Below are positions 13,486 to 26,215 of a DNA stretch of 64,000 nucleotides, one piece after another. Under the pieces are notes generated by a model that did not search any database, was not told the DNA's origin, and saw only the letters and a list, made by a program, of their open reading frames with translations. Positions within the stretch are counted from its first letter, which is position 1. The number at the start of each line of letters is the position of its first letter. Origin of the DNA: Octopus sinensis (taxonomy: Eukaryota); NCBI RefSeq assembly GCF_006345805.1, contig NC_043001.1, positions 93,124,001 to 93,188,000 on the forward strand, given 5' to 3'. Made by a program: the position numbers and the translations under genes.

Positions 13486-13720
13486 GTGTGTGTGTGTGTG
13501 TGTATGTGTGTGTGTATTTGTGTCGGTGTTTGTCTCCATTCACCGCTTAACAAACGGTGTTGGTGTGTTTAGGTCTCCGTGACATAGCGGCTCGGCAAGA
13601 GAGACGAATAGGATAAGTACTAAGCTAAAAAAATAGGTCCGGGAGAGGGGGTCAATTAATTCGGTTAAAAATTATTCACGGTGGTGCCCCAGCATGACCG
13701 CAGTTTAATGATAAAAAAAA
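13003..13720 (+). mobile_element. SINE family A interrupted by a nested family-B SINE
   Basis: A-head start (GGTGCAGG..GTGTGGTAAGAA) at 13003-13030, remainder (GCTTGCTTCCTAACCATA...) from about 13231, with a family-B SINE between them. Confidence 0.75.
13032..13224 (+). mobile_element. tRNA-derived SINE, family B (Meta-domain-like)
   Basis: GCGGCGAGCTGGCAGAAACGTTAGCACGCCGGGCG head, GAGGTCGACTTTGCCTTTCATCCTT core (resembles the Sauria/MetaSINE domain, from recollection), tail AGCCCCTTGTGGGCAATAAAGAAA. Confidence 0.85.
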
Positions 13721-14133
13721 TACGACAAATTTATGCCAAACATACTAACTTTTATTGAAGTCAAAACATTTAATGGAAATATGAAAAGATACCCCTTATC
13801 TCTCGGAAAAAAACAACCGTACGGGGCCAAAGAGTATTTATTAGTTCACTTTGATTTCCAGAATCAGCAATGGGGGCTGCAGCTCACCACTTATCATCTA
13901 CAAAATAGTGACAGCCAGGGAATATGTAGAGTTATTTCCATCATGGTTTTCAGTGTTTACTTGGAGGTTGAATTGTGATCTATGTGTAAAAATCCGTAGC
14001 AGCTATGAAATGAGTGATAACATTTCAGCAAATATATTCCATGACATATATTGAATCTTCTTTTCAGCGATTGCATTTCTAAAAATGTGTGTACGCATAC
14101 ATACATACATACATACATACATACATACATACA

Positions 14134-14166
<33 letters not shown>

Positions 14167-14170
14167 GTAT

Positions 14171-14214
<44 letters not shown>

Positions 14215-14443
14215 ATACACATATATATATGTATATAATATATACACACACATGCATACGTACATACATACAAACAAACATATATACCAAACCATATATA
14301 TATATATATATATATATCTGTACGTTTGCATGCGCATCTGTTTAAATCTTTGATATCTTACGATAAAAAAGAATTGGAGCTTTTAACTATAAAAGATAGC
14401 TCCATCATAGGGAGTATGTATATGTACTTATATAAATCTATAA

Positions 14444-14531
<88 letters not shown>

Positions 14532-15358
14532 GTGTGTGTATGGTGTATGTGTGTGTGCATGTAAATACATACATACCTATATATACGTATGAACATGTAT
14601 ATGTAAATGTATATTTATGTATGTATGCCTATGGACACATATTTGTATCTTCGTACGCATGGCCATACTAACGTTGAATCCTACACGGAGGAAAATAAAA
14701 GTTATGTAAAATGTATATCTTTGCGATGAAACTATGATTTTTTCATATAGAAAATTTTGATAAAGATATACAGAATACTGAAGCAAGTCATATACCCTTA
14801 TAATGGGTTGATTTAGATTTTTTTTTCTTTATTCTCCAAAGATGTTTGACGCAGCAAAACTTTAAATGAGTTCCATGATAGATAGAGAAAAGAGAAGACA
14901 AGTTTGATGCGAAGAGTTCTACACGAAAGAACAATATGGAAGTCGTTTTGAGAATTTTCCTTTTGCAAGCGTTTCCCATGCTGGCAGTTATGGCGGAGAT
15001 AGCAATGTGGGCAACAACGTTAAATGCAGCATCACAGCAACAAAGACAACAACAACAACAAGAAACAAACAACAACAACAACAACATGAACACTTATCAG
15101 CTACAAAACCAATAATAATAATGAGAATTATGTAAACAAATCCGATAAGAACATCGGCAGCAAAGAAAACAAGATCGATGTTTGAAGCAACAGCTGCACT
15201 CACAAAGAAAAAAAAATATGCTGTAACAGGAACTGCAACAGCAACTGAAAAGCTGATAATATCCAAAGAGTTAAACTAGGATACACACACACACACACAC
15301 ACACATATATGCACACGCATACACATATTTGCAAGTTTATGTATATACATACAAAACA

Positions 15359-15399
<41 letters not shown>

Positions 15400-15674
15400 A
15401 TATTTGTCTGTATGTATAAGCGTGCAATTCTAAAAGCAGCAGCGAGAGCAGTGACAACTGTAAAATAGATTCTAATATATTGTCGTTGACAGTCACATGA
15501 GAAATTTTTCCCAAACTCTTTCCAGCTCGGGATTTTTCAGTCCAAATAGAAGCCCACGAGTGCCAATCAGAAGAGGTTGAGCAAACTTCATGGTCTTTGC
15601 AGGACATGGCGTGAACAACAGAAAACAAAAACAATACAAAAACAAACAAACTATGAACCAAGTTTTAACTATAT

Positions 15675-15905
15675 ATTTCTTTACTACCCACAAGGGGCTA
15701 AACACAGAGGGGACAAACAAGGACAGACAAAGGGATTAAGTCGATTACATCGACCGCCAGTGCGTAACTGGTACTTAATTTATCGACCCCGAAAGGATGA
15801 AAGGCAAAGTCGACCTCGGCGGAATTTGAACTCGGAACGTAACGACAGACGAAATACGGCTACGCATTTCGCCCGGCGTGCTAACGTTTCTGCCAGCTCG
15901 CCGCC
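15675..15905 (-). mobile_element. SINE family B (young, full length)
   Basis: Full reverse complement of the consensus; near-identical to 30583-30812. Confidence 0.9.
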
Positions 15906-15999
15906 TTTCCCAAGGTTTAACTATAGACATGACTTTGTCTAGCGCTTTACCGTTTCGCTCTAAAACATATAAATAGGTTATTAGGTGGCTAATTGGAAG

Positions 16000-16125
16000 A
16001 GTCGTTAGCACATCAGATGAAATGCTTTGTGAATTTTATTCCGGCTCCTCACATTCTGAGTTCAAATACCGTTGAGATTAATTTTGCGTTTCATGTTTCC
16101 AGTGTCGATAAATACCGTGCCAGTC
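16000..16125 (+). mobile_element. Old SINE family B fragment
   Basis: GTTAGCACATCAGATGAAATGC...GAGTTCAAATACCGTTGAGATTAATTTTGCGTTTCATG. Confidence 0.55.
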
Positions 16126-18154
16126 TTGGTCAGTGGACTGATGAAATCTTTAACGTGTCGGTGGGATGCTTTCCTGTATTTATTCCAGCTCTTTGAGCTC
16201 TGATTTCAAACCCGCTCCTAGTCCTCGAGTGCACTTAGAGGAGTTTACTCCCCTAAATGCACCCAAGGATTTGAGTCAAGTCAGCAGTTTAATAGTATCT
16301 TCTTTCATTCCAGCAAATCTCGGAAACTTTTTTAAAGAGACATGAGCACTTTGCTTTCCTCCCAACTAAGCAATGAAGAGAGTCGTACCTTAGTCATCAT
16401 ACTGACTAAAGAAATTGTGGCTTGTTTCAGAATACGACTGTTGCTTAACGACCCCTCTTCACAATAAATGGACGAAAAGAAACACAAGTTAAACCGAAAC
16501 AGATGATCAGGATTAAGCTGTAGATGATGCTGTTGTTATTGTTATTGTTATTGTTGAAGTCTGACATAACAAAGCACTTTAATGTTCAAGTATAGTCTAA
16601 ACAAAACCACCATGTCTTTTATTCATTCAGAGCATACCTATGATTATATTGTGCAAAGTATAAATTCCGTTTAAAACAAAAGAGTTAACTGGAATGTCTA
16701 GCAGATGGAGAGATTACTTAGCGACTCCCTGAATTACTCGTTCAGGTTTTAATAATAAACCTCGGTTAATTTATTTAATTATGCCGATACTTTTCAACAA
16801 AACTTGGCATGACGCCAAGCAAAAATATGTAAGAGAAAAAAAAATCGTTGCCATTACTCGTATTGACGTATATGCTATTGGTGCGGTTGATGTTGGCAGT
16901 TGTGATAGTTTGTTGCTGTGTTGATATTCACCCACAATCACAGTTTTCAAGATAACACTGACAGTTTTAGCAATAGAAAATTTTCGAACTAGTAAAATAA
17001 AAAAAATAAAAAATTATAAAATATATAAATTATTGTATAAATAAAAAAAAATATTTAAAAAAGTTATAAATACAATTATAACAACTCGGAATGGTGAGAG
17101 CGCTAGAAAGTTTACTGTTATCAGCTCAAATGGAGAGAATAGGGAAAGCTTCTGTGGAAAACTTAGAAACGTTTAAACACATATCAACGTATACATGCAT
17201 ATTAATCTGTAATCTCTGTCCTCTTTTTCTCTCACCCACTTTCTTTCTTTCTCTCTCCTCTTATGGTATACATGCATACATACATATATGCATGCATGCA
17301 TACATATATATAATTTTATTTTATTTATATGTATATAAATATATATATATATATATATAAGCATGCACACAAACATATATACATACATATATATACATAT
17401 ATATATATATATATGTATATATATTTATATACATATATATTTATATACATATATATGAATATATATATGTATGTATATATATATATATATATACATACAT
17501 AAATACACATACACACACATATGCGGTGTCTATAAACATGCATACATATCTTTATTCAGGAAGATTTAGCAATGTAAATATCAGTTCTGTCGTGGTTTAA
17601 AATGGATAAATAAACAAATGAGCAAATAAATAATGGATAAATAAATAATGACTTGAAGAGAGTAACCCTGTATGAAAAGCATGAAATACAACAATGTGAT
17701 AAAGAAACCAAGAGAAACACAGACCAAAAAAAAAAAAAAAATGAAAAGCAAAAATGAAATTGGAATCGATATAAAAAAATAAATATGGTAAAGTCTATAA
17801 TTTCCTGATAGAATTCCTACAAAGTTTCTTCATATCTGTAAAAATCTCTTGCCGAAGTTGTGTTATATCGGTAACATTTTCAAACATTTTCGAAACATCA
17901 CCGCTCCATTTTTGTCCTTTTTAAATATATTTGCATGAAAATCAAAATAATAAAAAAAATCTGCCTACTGCCTATCACATTATTTTTACATTTCAAATGC
18001 TGTATAATTTACCACATTTTGTCAAAATATATTTATTGCTATTATTTCTAGTAACAATTTACAGTAAGCTCAAATTATGCCTGACTATAAGGTTAAATTT
18101 GTTTAGAGAAATTCGGACAAGACCTTTCTCAATATTGTTTCACTTACAAAGGCG

Positions 18155-18350
18155 AAGTACAGGCCAAAACGTTAGCATGCCGGGCGAAATGCTTAACACC
18201 ATTTCGCCCGGTTTTACATTTTGAGTTCAAATCCTGCCGAAGATGTCTTTGCCTTTCATCCTTTTAGGGTAGATAATATAAGTAGTAGTTGAGAACTGGG
18301 GTCGACTTAGTCTTTCCCCAGGAATTACTAGTCTTGCGCTAAAATTTGAA
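18155..18350 (+). mobile_element. Old SINE family B
   Basis: ACGTTAGCATGCCGGGCGAAATGC...GAGTTCAAATCCTGCCGAA...TTTGCCTTTCATCCTTT. Confidence 0.7.
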
Positions 18351-18546
18351 GTCAATATTGTTTTACTTAAACACGCACATACAAAAACCTACAGACAAAA
18401 TATCTCGACACCATCTGTATATAAAATTCTTTTAAAGCGGCTTTAGATAAGCCAACAATATGCACACTCGACGTGCTAGAAATAGTACCTTAATCTTTCA
18501 GAAATCGCACACTTTCATTTTAATGATGTAGAAGATACAACATACA

Positions 18547-19055
18547 AGCGCAGGCACGGCTGAGTGGTTGAAAATCTCGCTTTGTAACTATAAGTTTCTG
18601 GTTTATTCTCAGCATACGGCACCCTGGGCAAGTATCTTCTACTATTGTTCCAATCCAGATGATGCCTTAAGAATAAATTTGGTACACGAAATACCGTCAT
18701 GTAGTTACATAAAAAACAAAAAAAAATCAAATGATTAAATACAGAAGATATAAGTGGGTATATCTATGTCCATGTGTATCTTTGTGTCTGTGTTTGTCAA
18801 TACCTCACAGCTTGACAACCGGCGTTGGTTTGTTCAAGTCCTTATAACTTAGTAGCTTGGCAACAGTTACCGATAGAACAAGTATTAGACTACCAAAAAC
18901 AAAACAAAACAAACAAACAAAAAACGAAAGCAAAAAAAGAGCAAAAAACTAACAACATCAACACTGAGTTGATTTGTTCGACTAAAAACGCTTTCATATC
19001 GGTGCCCCAGCATGGCCGAAGTCCAGTGGCTGAAGCACGTAAAAGATAAAAAGAA
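18547..19055 (+). mobile_element. Old SINE family A relative
   Basis: GGCACCCTGGGCAAGTATCTTCTACTAT; CTTGACAACCGGCGTTGG; GGTGCCCCAGCATGGCC tail. Confidence 0.7.
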
Positions 19056-19180
19056 AGAAACAATAACCTATATAATGTAGTCATACACACACACATACAC
19101 ACCCACTGGCTCACGAGCACATATATGTGTGTGTATTAGTCAATGAAATTGATTCTTCTATACAGAGTCAAAGAATCTCG

Positions 19181-19230
<50 letters not shown>

Positions 19231-19231
19231 A

Positions 19232-19611
19232 ATATCGTGGCACTCTGTCGGTTACGATGACGTGGGTCCCAGGTCATCGATCAACGGAACAGCCTGCTTG
19301 TGAAATTAATATGCAAGTGGCTGAACACTTTACAGACACGTGTACCCTTAACATAGTTCTCGGGGAGATTCAGCGTGACACAGGGCGTGACAAGGCTGGC
19401 TCCTTTGAAATACAAGAAACAGGAAGAAAGAATGAGAGAAAGTCGGGGTGAAAGAGTACAATAGGGTTTGCCATCACCCCCTGCCGGAGCCTCGTAGAGC
19501 TTTCGGTGTTTTCGCTCAATAAACACTCACAACATCCAAGCTGGGAATTGAAACTACGATTCTACGACCGCGAGTCCACTGCCTTAACCACTGGGCCATT
19601 GCGTCTCCACA
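19232..19611 (-). mobile_element. tRNA-derived SINE, family D
   Basis: Minus-strand head TGGCCCAGTGGTTAAGGC...GTTTCAATTCCC; 3' tail ends in a (TG)n tract. Diverged copies of the tail at about 27820-27990, 31690-31850 and 52885-52935. Confidence 0.75.
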
Positions 19612-19612
19612 C

Positions 19613-19645
<33 letters not shown>

Positions 19646-19652
19646 TGTATGT

Positions 19653-20120
19653 CGTTTGAGAAATCTCGAGTTGCACATGAGAAAGTAAGGAGGGATGTCA
19701 GGAAGGGCAACGCTGTTACACTTCCAGAAGGGAAGAGTCTTCCTTTGATTCTGACATGCAATGTCTGTGCAAGACCCTGCCTCGGTAAAGCTGGACTCAT
19801 GAGTCATCTTCGTAGTCATAAAATAAGACAGATGAGTGCAACCTGGCCACTGATGGTGGTGTAATACACCATACTAATCATATCTGTCGGGCATGTGGAA
19901 GAGAGTGTAATCGGCAGGAGGACTTAAACGACATGCAAAGGTACATGAAGCCCAGTTACAACTACAACCGGTTATGACTAGTAAGGTCTTAGTTGCTAAT
20001 TTTGTACAAGACATTGTAGATCTTTAGCTGGGCTAAAAAGTCACATTCGATCACAGCACCAGTAACAGTTAAGCTTCGTGCAATGGCCATACTCGATAAC
20101 GAGGAGTCAGCCATAATAAT
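19653..20120 (+). mobile_element. 5'-truncated RTE-like LINE 3' end with C2H2-type fingers
   Basis: TCNVCARPCLGKAGLMSHLRSH, then (frameshifted) HICRACGREC.SAGGLKRHAKVH and RHCRSLAGLKSHIRSQH*. Short 3' UTR ending GCCATAATAAT; (ATGT)n on both sides. Confidence 0.7.
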
Positions 20121-20129
20121 GTATGTATG

Positions 20130-20163
<34 letters not shown>

Positions 20164-20187
20164 TGTATGTATGTATGTATGTATCTA

Positions 20188-20312
<125 letters not shown>

Positions 20313-21050
20313 ATATATATATAAATAAGATGAAATGGTCACGGCTCGAATGCTTTTGGTCATATATCTGCTACATCAGCTCTGATCTAGCCCAAAACAA
20401 CTTCGATAGTTATCGCCCATTTAATTAACTTGTTCATTTGTCTTTCAACTTGCGTTATTTCTTTTGCCAATTCAACCAATCGCCGTTAGCACAATCTCTA
20501 ATTCAAAATCTCTTTTCTGCCATTTCAAAGACTAACAGTTAATACTTATTATTTTTCGCTTGCTTTTTTTCCTTGATGTTATTCTCAGACAGGCCATATC
20601 AATAGTCTGCATATGCTTTAAGTAGTTATTCTCTAAACTTAAATCTGAACTTCTGAGAGTGGTAGATATTTGCATGCATTATTTAAAAATATCAATACAC
20701 TTTCTCTTCCTTATTCTATGTAGTGTCTGATCCACTGGATTTTACAACACATTGAAGTTTTAGAGTTTGTTAAGCTCTTGCTAAGACTATCAATTCATTG
20801 TTCCGTTACGTTATACCGTAAGAGCTGCATCAACAGCTTTACATCACATGCATCGAGTGTATTACGATTCACTCACACTTTTGTCGTTATACGACGGATT
20901 TTAAATATTTTATCTGTATATAGCAATGTATATATGTACATATGTATGTATATATTTATGTATGCATGTATGTAAGCTTGTGTATGTATGTATGTATGAA
21001 TTTACGTATTTAAGTATGTATGCATTTTCTCTACCTACCTACCTTCCTGC

Positions 21051-21133
<83 letters not shown>

Positions 21134-21142
21134 CCTACCTTC

Positions 21143-21185
<43 letters not shown>

Positions 21186-21240
21186 GCTATCTATCTATCT
21201 CTATCTATCTATCTATCTATCTACCTACCTACCTTCCTAT

Positions 21241-21346
<106 letters not shown>

Positions 21347-22036
21347 TGTGCTGTGACTAATAGTGCTATTCTGTGTATGTGTTATTAGTGCTCTTCTTCC
21401 TATTTCGGATATTCTGAATATTGTGTCTATCTCTCGATTTGCCTTCATTTTATAACTCTCAAGTGCTCTTACCATAGCTGAGTTGTTTAAATTTTCAGCC
21501 TCAACAATTTATTTATTTCCTTTCCTAAGTTTTCTCATTCAGACAGTCTCTCTAAGTTGTCCTTTCAAGGAAATGTTTTCATCCGCAAACATTTGAAATT
21601 TCATTAGCTGTGATTTTCCTTGCAATAACTCATCGTTTTTAACATATAAATTGATGATCTTAATTGTCTATCATTATGAATAAACCTGTCCAAACATATT
21701 GTTACCCTGTCATTTCTAGATACTGGCGGTGGCATATGATTGTTCAATTTATAACTCTGCTCTATCAGGGATTACCTGATGCTGTGTCAATTTTGTCGCT
21801 TTGATTAATATTTCAGGAAATATTTGATGGATAGATACTTATGTTAGGTTTCGAGTCAAAATTTTAAACCTGACCTTTAAAGTAAGTGGCATAATTCCTA
21901 TACCAACCTATTGTATAGCTTTATTGTTTTGCACATTTTGGATTTGCAGGTTTTCTTTATAAGGATGTCTTTCTTTGTATATAGTGGTGGTTGTTCAAAT
22001 CGTTGCTATTTCTCTTTAGTGTGTCTATTATATATA

Positions 22037-22427
22037 CTAGCAGTATCGCCCGGCGTTGCTCGGGTTTGTTTTGACCCTTTAGAATTGGAATTTTTGAAAG
22101 GTAAAATTTTGCATTATTTAGCTTGTTATTTCCTTTAAGTGAACATTTTTCTGGTTGAAATACACCGAAAAATGGCGACACAGCAGTCAAAAAATCGTAA
22201 AAAATAGGGATTTTCAGGGGGAAAAAGCACCTTTTTGATGTAAATAATTTTTGGTGTTAACATGGTCCGATTTGAAATTTTTCTTCTACGGAAGGAAGAT
22301 CAAGCCTTCTTCTATCATACTCTCAATTTTGATCAACTTGTGCCGCAGAGTCTCGGAGGAGATAGTGTTAGTTGAAGGCTACCAAACCTGCCATACACAG
22401 ACAACTTCAGCTTTATATATAGAGAGA
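22037..22427 (-). mobile_element. Non-autonomous Helitron
   Basis: Minus strand: A|TCTCTCTATATATAAAG ... CCCGAGCAACGCCGGG hairpin ... CTAG|T. Canonical TC/CTAG ends at an AT target. Confidence 0.8.
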
Positions 22428-25034
22428 TTAATGCATCATTTCCTTTGTCCTGCTACGCTTTTGATTTACTTGATGTCAGTGGTTAGGAACCTACTCACGC
22501 AAGCAATGGATAATTCTTAATGCTAGATAAGAGAAGTACCGAAATGGACCATTCTGTTACTCTTGATTTCTCCAAGATTTCTGTATCACACTTAAATTTA
22601 GTAGGAAATCGAATCGGTATTGTGGAAGAAAGTGAGAAAACAAAAGAACATTGCTGGAGCTTTTTGTATTTTTTGGATAATACAAAAATATGTCATGCTT
22701 TTTCATGGAAGCGTCGCTGGAAAGTTGTATTGTCCATGTTCTTTCCTTGAACGTTAGTAGTGCGAATTGATTTCAACCGGGAATTGAAACATGATCGCTA
22801 CTTGAGGAAACAAATAAAACCAAAACAGAAACTAAAACAAATAAAACAACTAAATAGTGTAATTTATTTAATCGGGCAATCAAGCGTTTATACCAAATCA
22901 TCACTCCATCACCATGACAACAATAATAATAATGATATAATCGTATCAGAAATATAAAGCAAAAAATATTTTACACAAAGCTCTAAAAGTTAAATAAAAT
23001 AAAATGTTCCCTAAACAGTACTTTTGATGCAGAGAATGACTTTTTTTTTTGCTGATCAACTGGGAATTTTTAAATACATAAAATTGTACAAACCCTTCAT
23101 TGCACCTAACGAATTAGAAAAGATATAGTCGAAGTGAAGTGGAGTAAGCTGAGATTTGGCTAAAGGGGAAGATTTCAAATTTCTGATAGTCTTTGATTGA
23201 TGTGTGTATTTAGGAGTTAGTGGTTGGAATGCGCAGTTATGCGACTGGAACATATAATTGAATCTAATCGTTTGAACTATTTTGCAATTAACCTGTTTTT
23301 CCTCTATCTCTTCCTCTTCTCTTTTTGCCCTTTTTTTAAAAAAAAATAATTCTCTATACAATTTAATTTTTTTTTGTTTGATCATGGTTATATTTCATAT
23401 TTTTGTTCTTTTGATGAATTATATTACAAGACGAACAGCAACAACAATAATGATGACGATAATAATAAACACAAATGAGAAAGAAAAAAAAACAACTATA
23501 AAAACAACACAACATCAATAAACAAGGAAAGAAGGACAAGCAAACAAACACTAAGCAATCATATAGTTCTCGTTTATTTTATAGTTTTCATTGATTTCCA
23601 CGGAAGGTGCCATTCAAGGTACCAAAATAAACAAAATCAACGTTAACCTTCAACACGAAACATTATTAGAAAAACACAAGATTACAAAAAAAGGAAGGAA
23701 AGAAAAATTGAATGTATTACTGAATAGATTAAAACGAAGTTAAAATGAGTAAAAAAAGAAAAAACAACGAACGGAATTCAAGCGGAAAGTAACTGTACAA
23801 AAGTATAATCACAGCATACCTACGTGGTCCCACCACCTGCTGGAAAGACCAGCCAAATCTCTTCTGAATCACATTCGGCTTTATGTGAAGAACAAATTCG
23901 ATAATGTAATTTTCTAGTTACACGCAATGTACTTCATAAAAAAGATGGGGTGGTCATGGTAGGGAAAAGCAGACCTATGCTCTGCATTCTGTGTCTGATC
24001 GGTGGTTTGATGTAATACGAAGCAGTAACAACAAAACATATGGATAACATACGTGAATCAATGAAGGAATCTTTAAGTATGCACTGACTCAGAATAAATT
24101 TTAAAAAAAACGAATTTTTTGCTAAACAAACCATTGTCTATTAAAGAAGGGAAGTCGTATTAGTTCATGTAGTCTTTCGAGCATTGTGTCAAAAAAAGGT
24201 TAATTATCAAAGTTGACATTAAATCAAACAGAACACAACTACCCAACTACCCGTGTATACACACACACACACACACACCACACACAACACACACACACAC
24301 ACCACACACAACACACACACACACACACACACACACCACACACACACACACACACATACATACATACACACACGCATGGATTTATTTAATGGTAGTAGGA
24401 TTACAGAACTATTCGTTACGGGTTGAATCTGGACAAGAGGCCCTGCCATGATCTTTGAAGGTCTGATTAGCTTGATGCTGTTAGTGTTTCATTTAAACAG
24501 GTCAACACCTGCATGAAAGAGATGCGAAATATTTCAGAGAAGGATTTTGTGAGGAGGAAGGATTGCATATATTAGTTTGTGCGAGGATGGAGGTAAGGGT
24601 GTAGGAGGAAATTAGCGTAACAAGAGATGAAAACAAACTAAAAAAAAAACTAATGAGTTGGGTGTGAGAGTACCTGAGTGGTAGAGAGACGAGACAAACA
24701 GGATTTGAAAACTAGAGGCCATCACTAGCGACAGAAAAAGCATTTCTGCGAAGAAAAACACCCTGTGGATACTTCCTTCTCAGCGAGGCCGATTTAGTCT
24801 TATAAAAGTCCAGTCCTTTCCCAGTTTTGCATGGTTTAAAGTAATGATCAGACAAAAAGTATGAAACGAAGAAAGCAAGAGTGCAATATTTTACTGGGAT
24901 ATTGTATGTATGCATGTCTGGTCTATGGTTCTAAATTCATTATTTTACCCATATGAAAAGAACTCAAATATCATCAATAATTCCAATGGCAATGATCGCT
25001 GGATAAATTATAATTCTTTTCTTTTCTTCTTTTC

Positions 25035-25065
<31 letters not shown>

Positions 25066-25105
25066 TGTATGTATGTATGTATGTATGTATGTATGTATGT
25101 ATGTA

Positions 25106-25219
25106 TTGTAGATCTTTAGCTAGGCTAAAAAGTCACATTCGATCACAGAACCAGTAACAGTTAAGCTTCGTGCAATGGCCATACTCGATAATGAGGGGCC
25201 AGCCATAATAATAAAAAAA
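25106..25219 (+). mobile_element. Short 3' fragment of the same RTE-like LINE
   Basis: About 110 bp nearly identical to 20005-20120, embedded in (ATGT)n. Confidence 0.8.
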
Positions 25220-25929
25220 TGTATGTATGTATGTATGTATGTATTAATGTATGTATGTATGTATGTATGTATGTGTATGTATGTAATGTATGTATGTATG
25301 TATGCATGCATGTATGTATGTATGTATGTATGTATTATGTATGTATGTATGTGTATGTATGTATGTATGTATGTATGTATGTAGGAAAGTTGATTGGTTG
25401 GTAAGCAGAGAGAAAGTAGGTGGGTAGATAGGTTGATAATGACCATAGTTCTTTCAGGTTTCTCAGTAACAGTTCTCTAGAGTTCGTCCTCTTGTTGCGT
25501 AACCACTGATCTAACAAAGCTAACTTTGTGCAGACAGAGACATTACTTTCGTTAGACCTCAACGTACATTTTACAAGAAAAACATATGAGCCGACTATCT
25601 CCTTGCTTACTTCGCCACGTTTAGAAGCTCACTTTCTTTATCATTGACTATTGACGAAACAGTGTAAAACAATATGGAGGATTATCTGTATTCCACTATT
25701 CATAACCATTAAAATACCTGAAATACAGGCATCCGTGTTATCTCTTTTCACAATATTCACTTTCCGATTTATGCAAGAATGATCAAGAAATCAATAAAGC
25801 AGAGATTAACATAACAGTAAACTATTTTCTCGAAAATTTTGGAAAGTTCAACATTTCCTGTTAAACAAACAACAGTATAAAACTAAAAATACGAACAACA
25901 ATAACAATACTGACATTAACAGCAAATTT

Positions 25930-26025
25930 AATAATAATAATAATAATAATAATATAATATTAATAATAATAATAATAATAATATATAATAATAATAATGA
26001 TAATAATAATAATATAATAATAATA

Positions 26026-26061
<36 letters not shown>

Positions 26062-26073
26062 TAATAATAATAA

Positions 26074-26123
<50 letters not shown>

Positions 26124-26135
26124 TAGTAGTAGTAT

Positions 26136-26170
<35 letters not shown>

Positions 26171-26215
26171 ATAATAATAATAATAATATAATAATATAAT
26201 AATAATAATAATATT
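25930..26215. repeat. (TAA)n/(TAG)n compound microsatellite
   Basis: Direct inspection. Confidence 0.95.

Noticed and set aside
14788-15720. Several 75-101-aa ORFs with partly protein-like stretches
   Set aside because: Overlapping frames on both strands, triplet-repeat content, no recognisable domain and no consistent splice sites.
19625-19864. Possible host C2H2 zinc-finger gene
   Set aside because: Frameshifted, no TGEKP linkers, and followed by a LINE-type 3' end repeated at 25.1 kb; better explained as a retrotransposon end.
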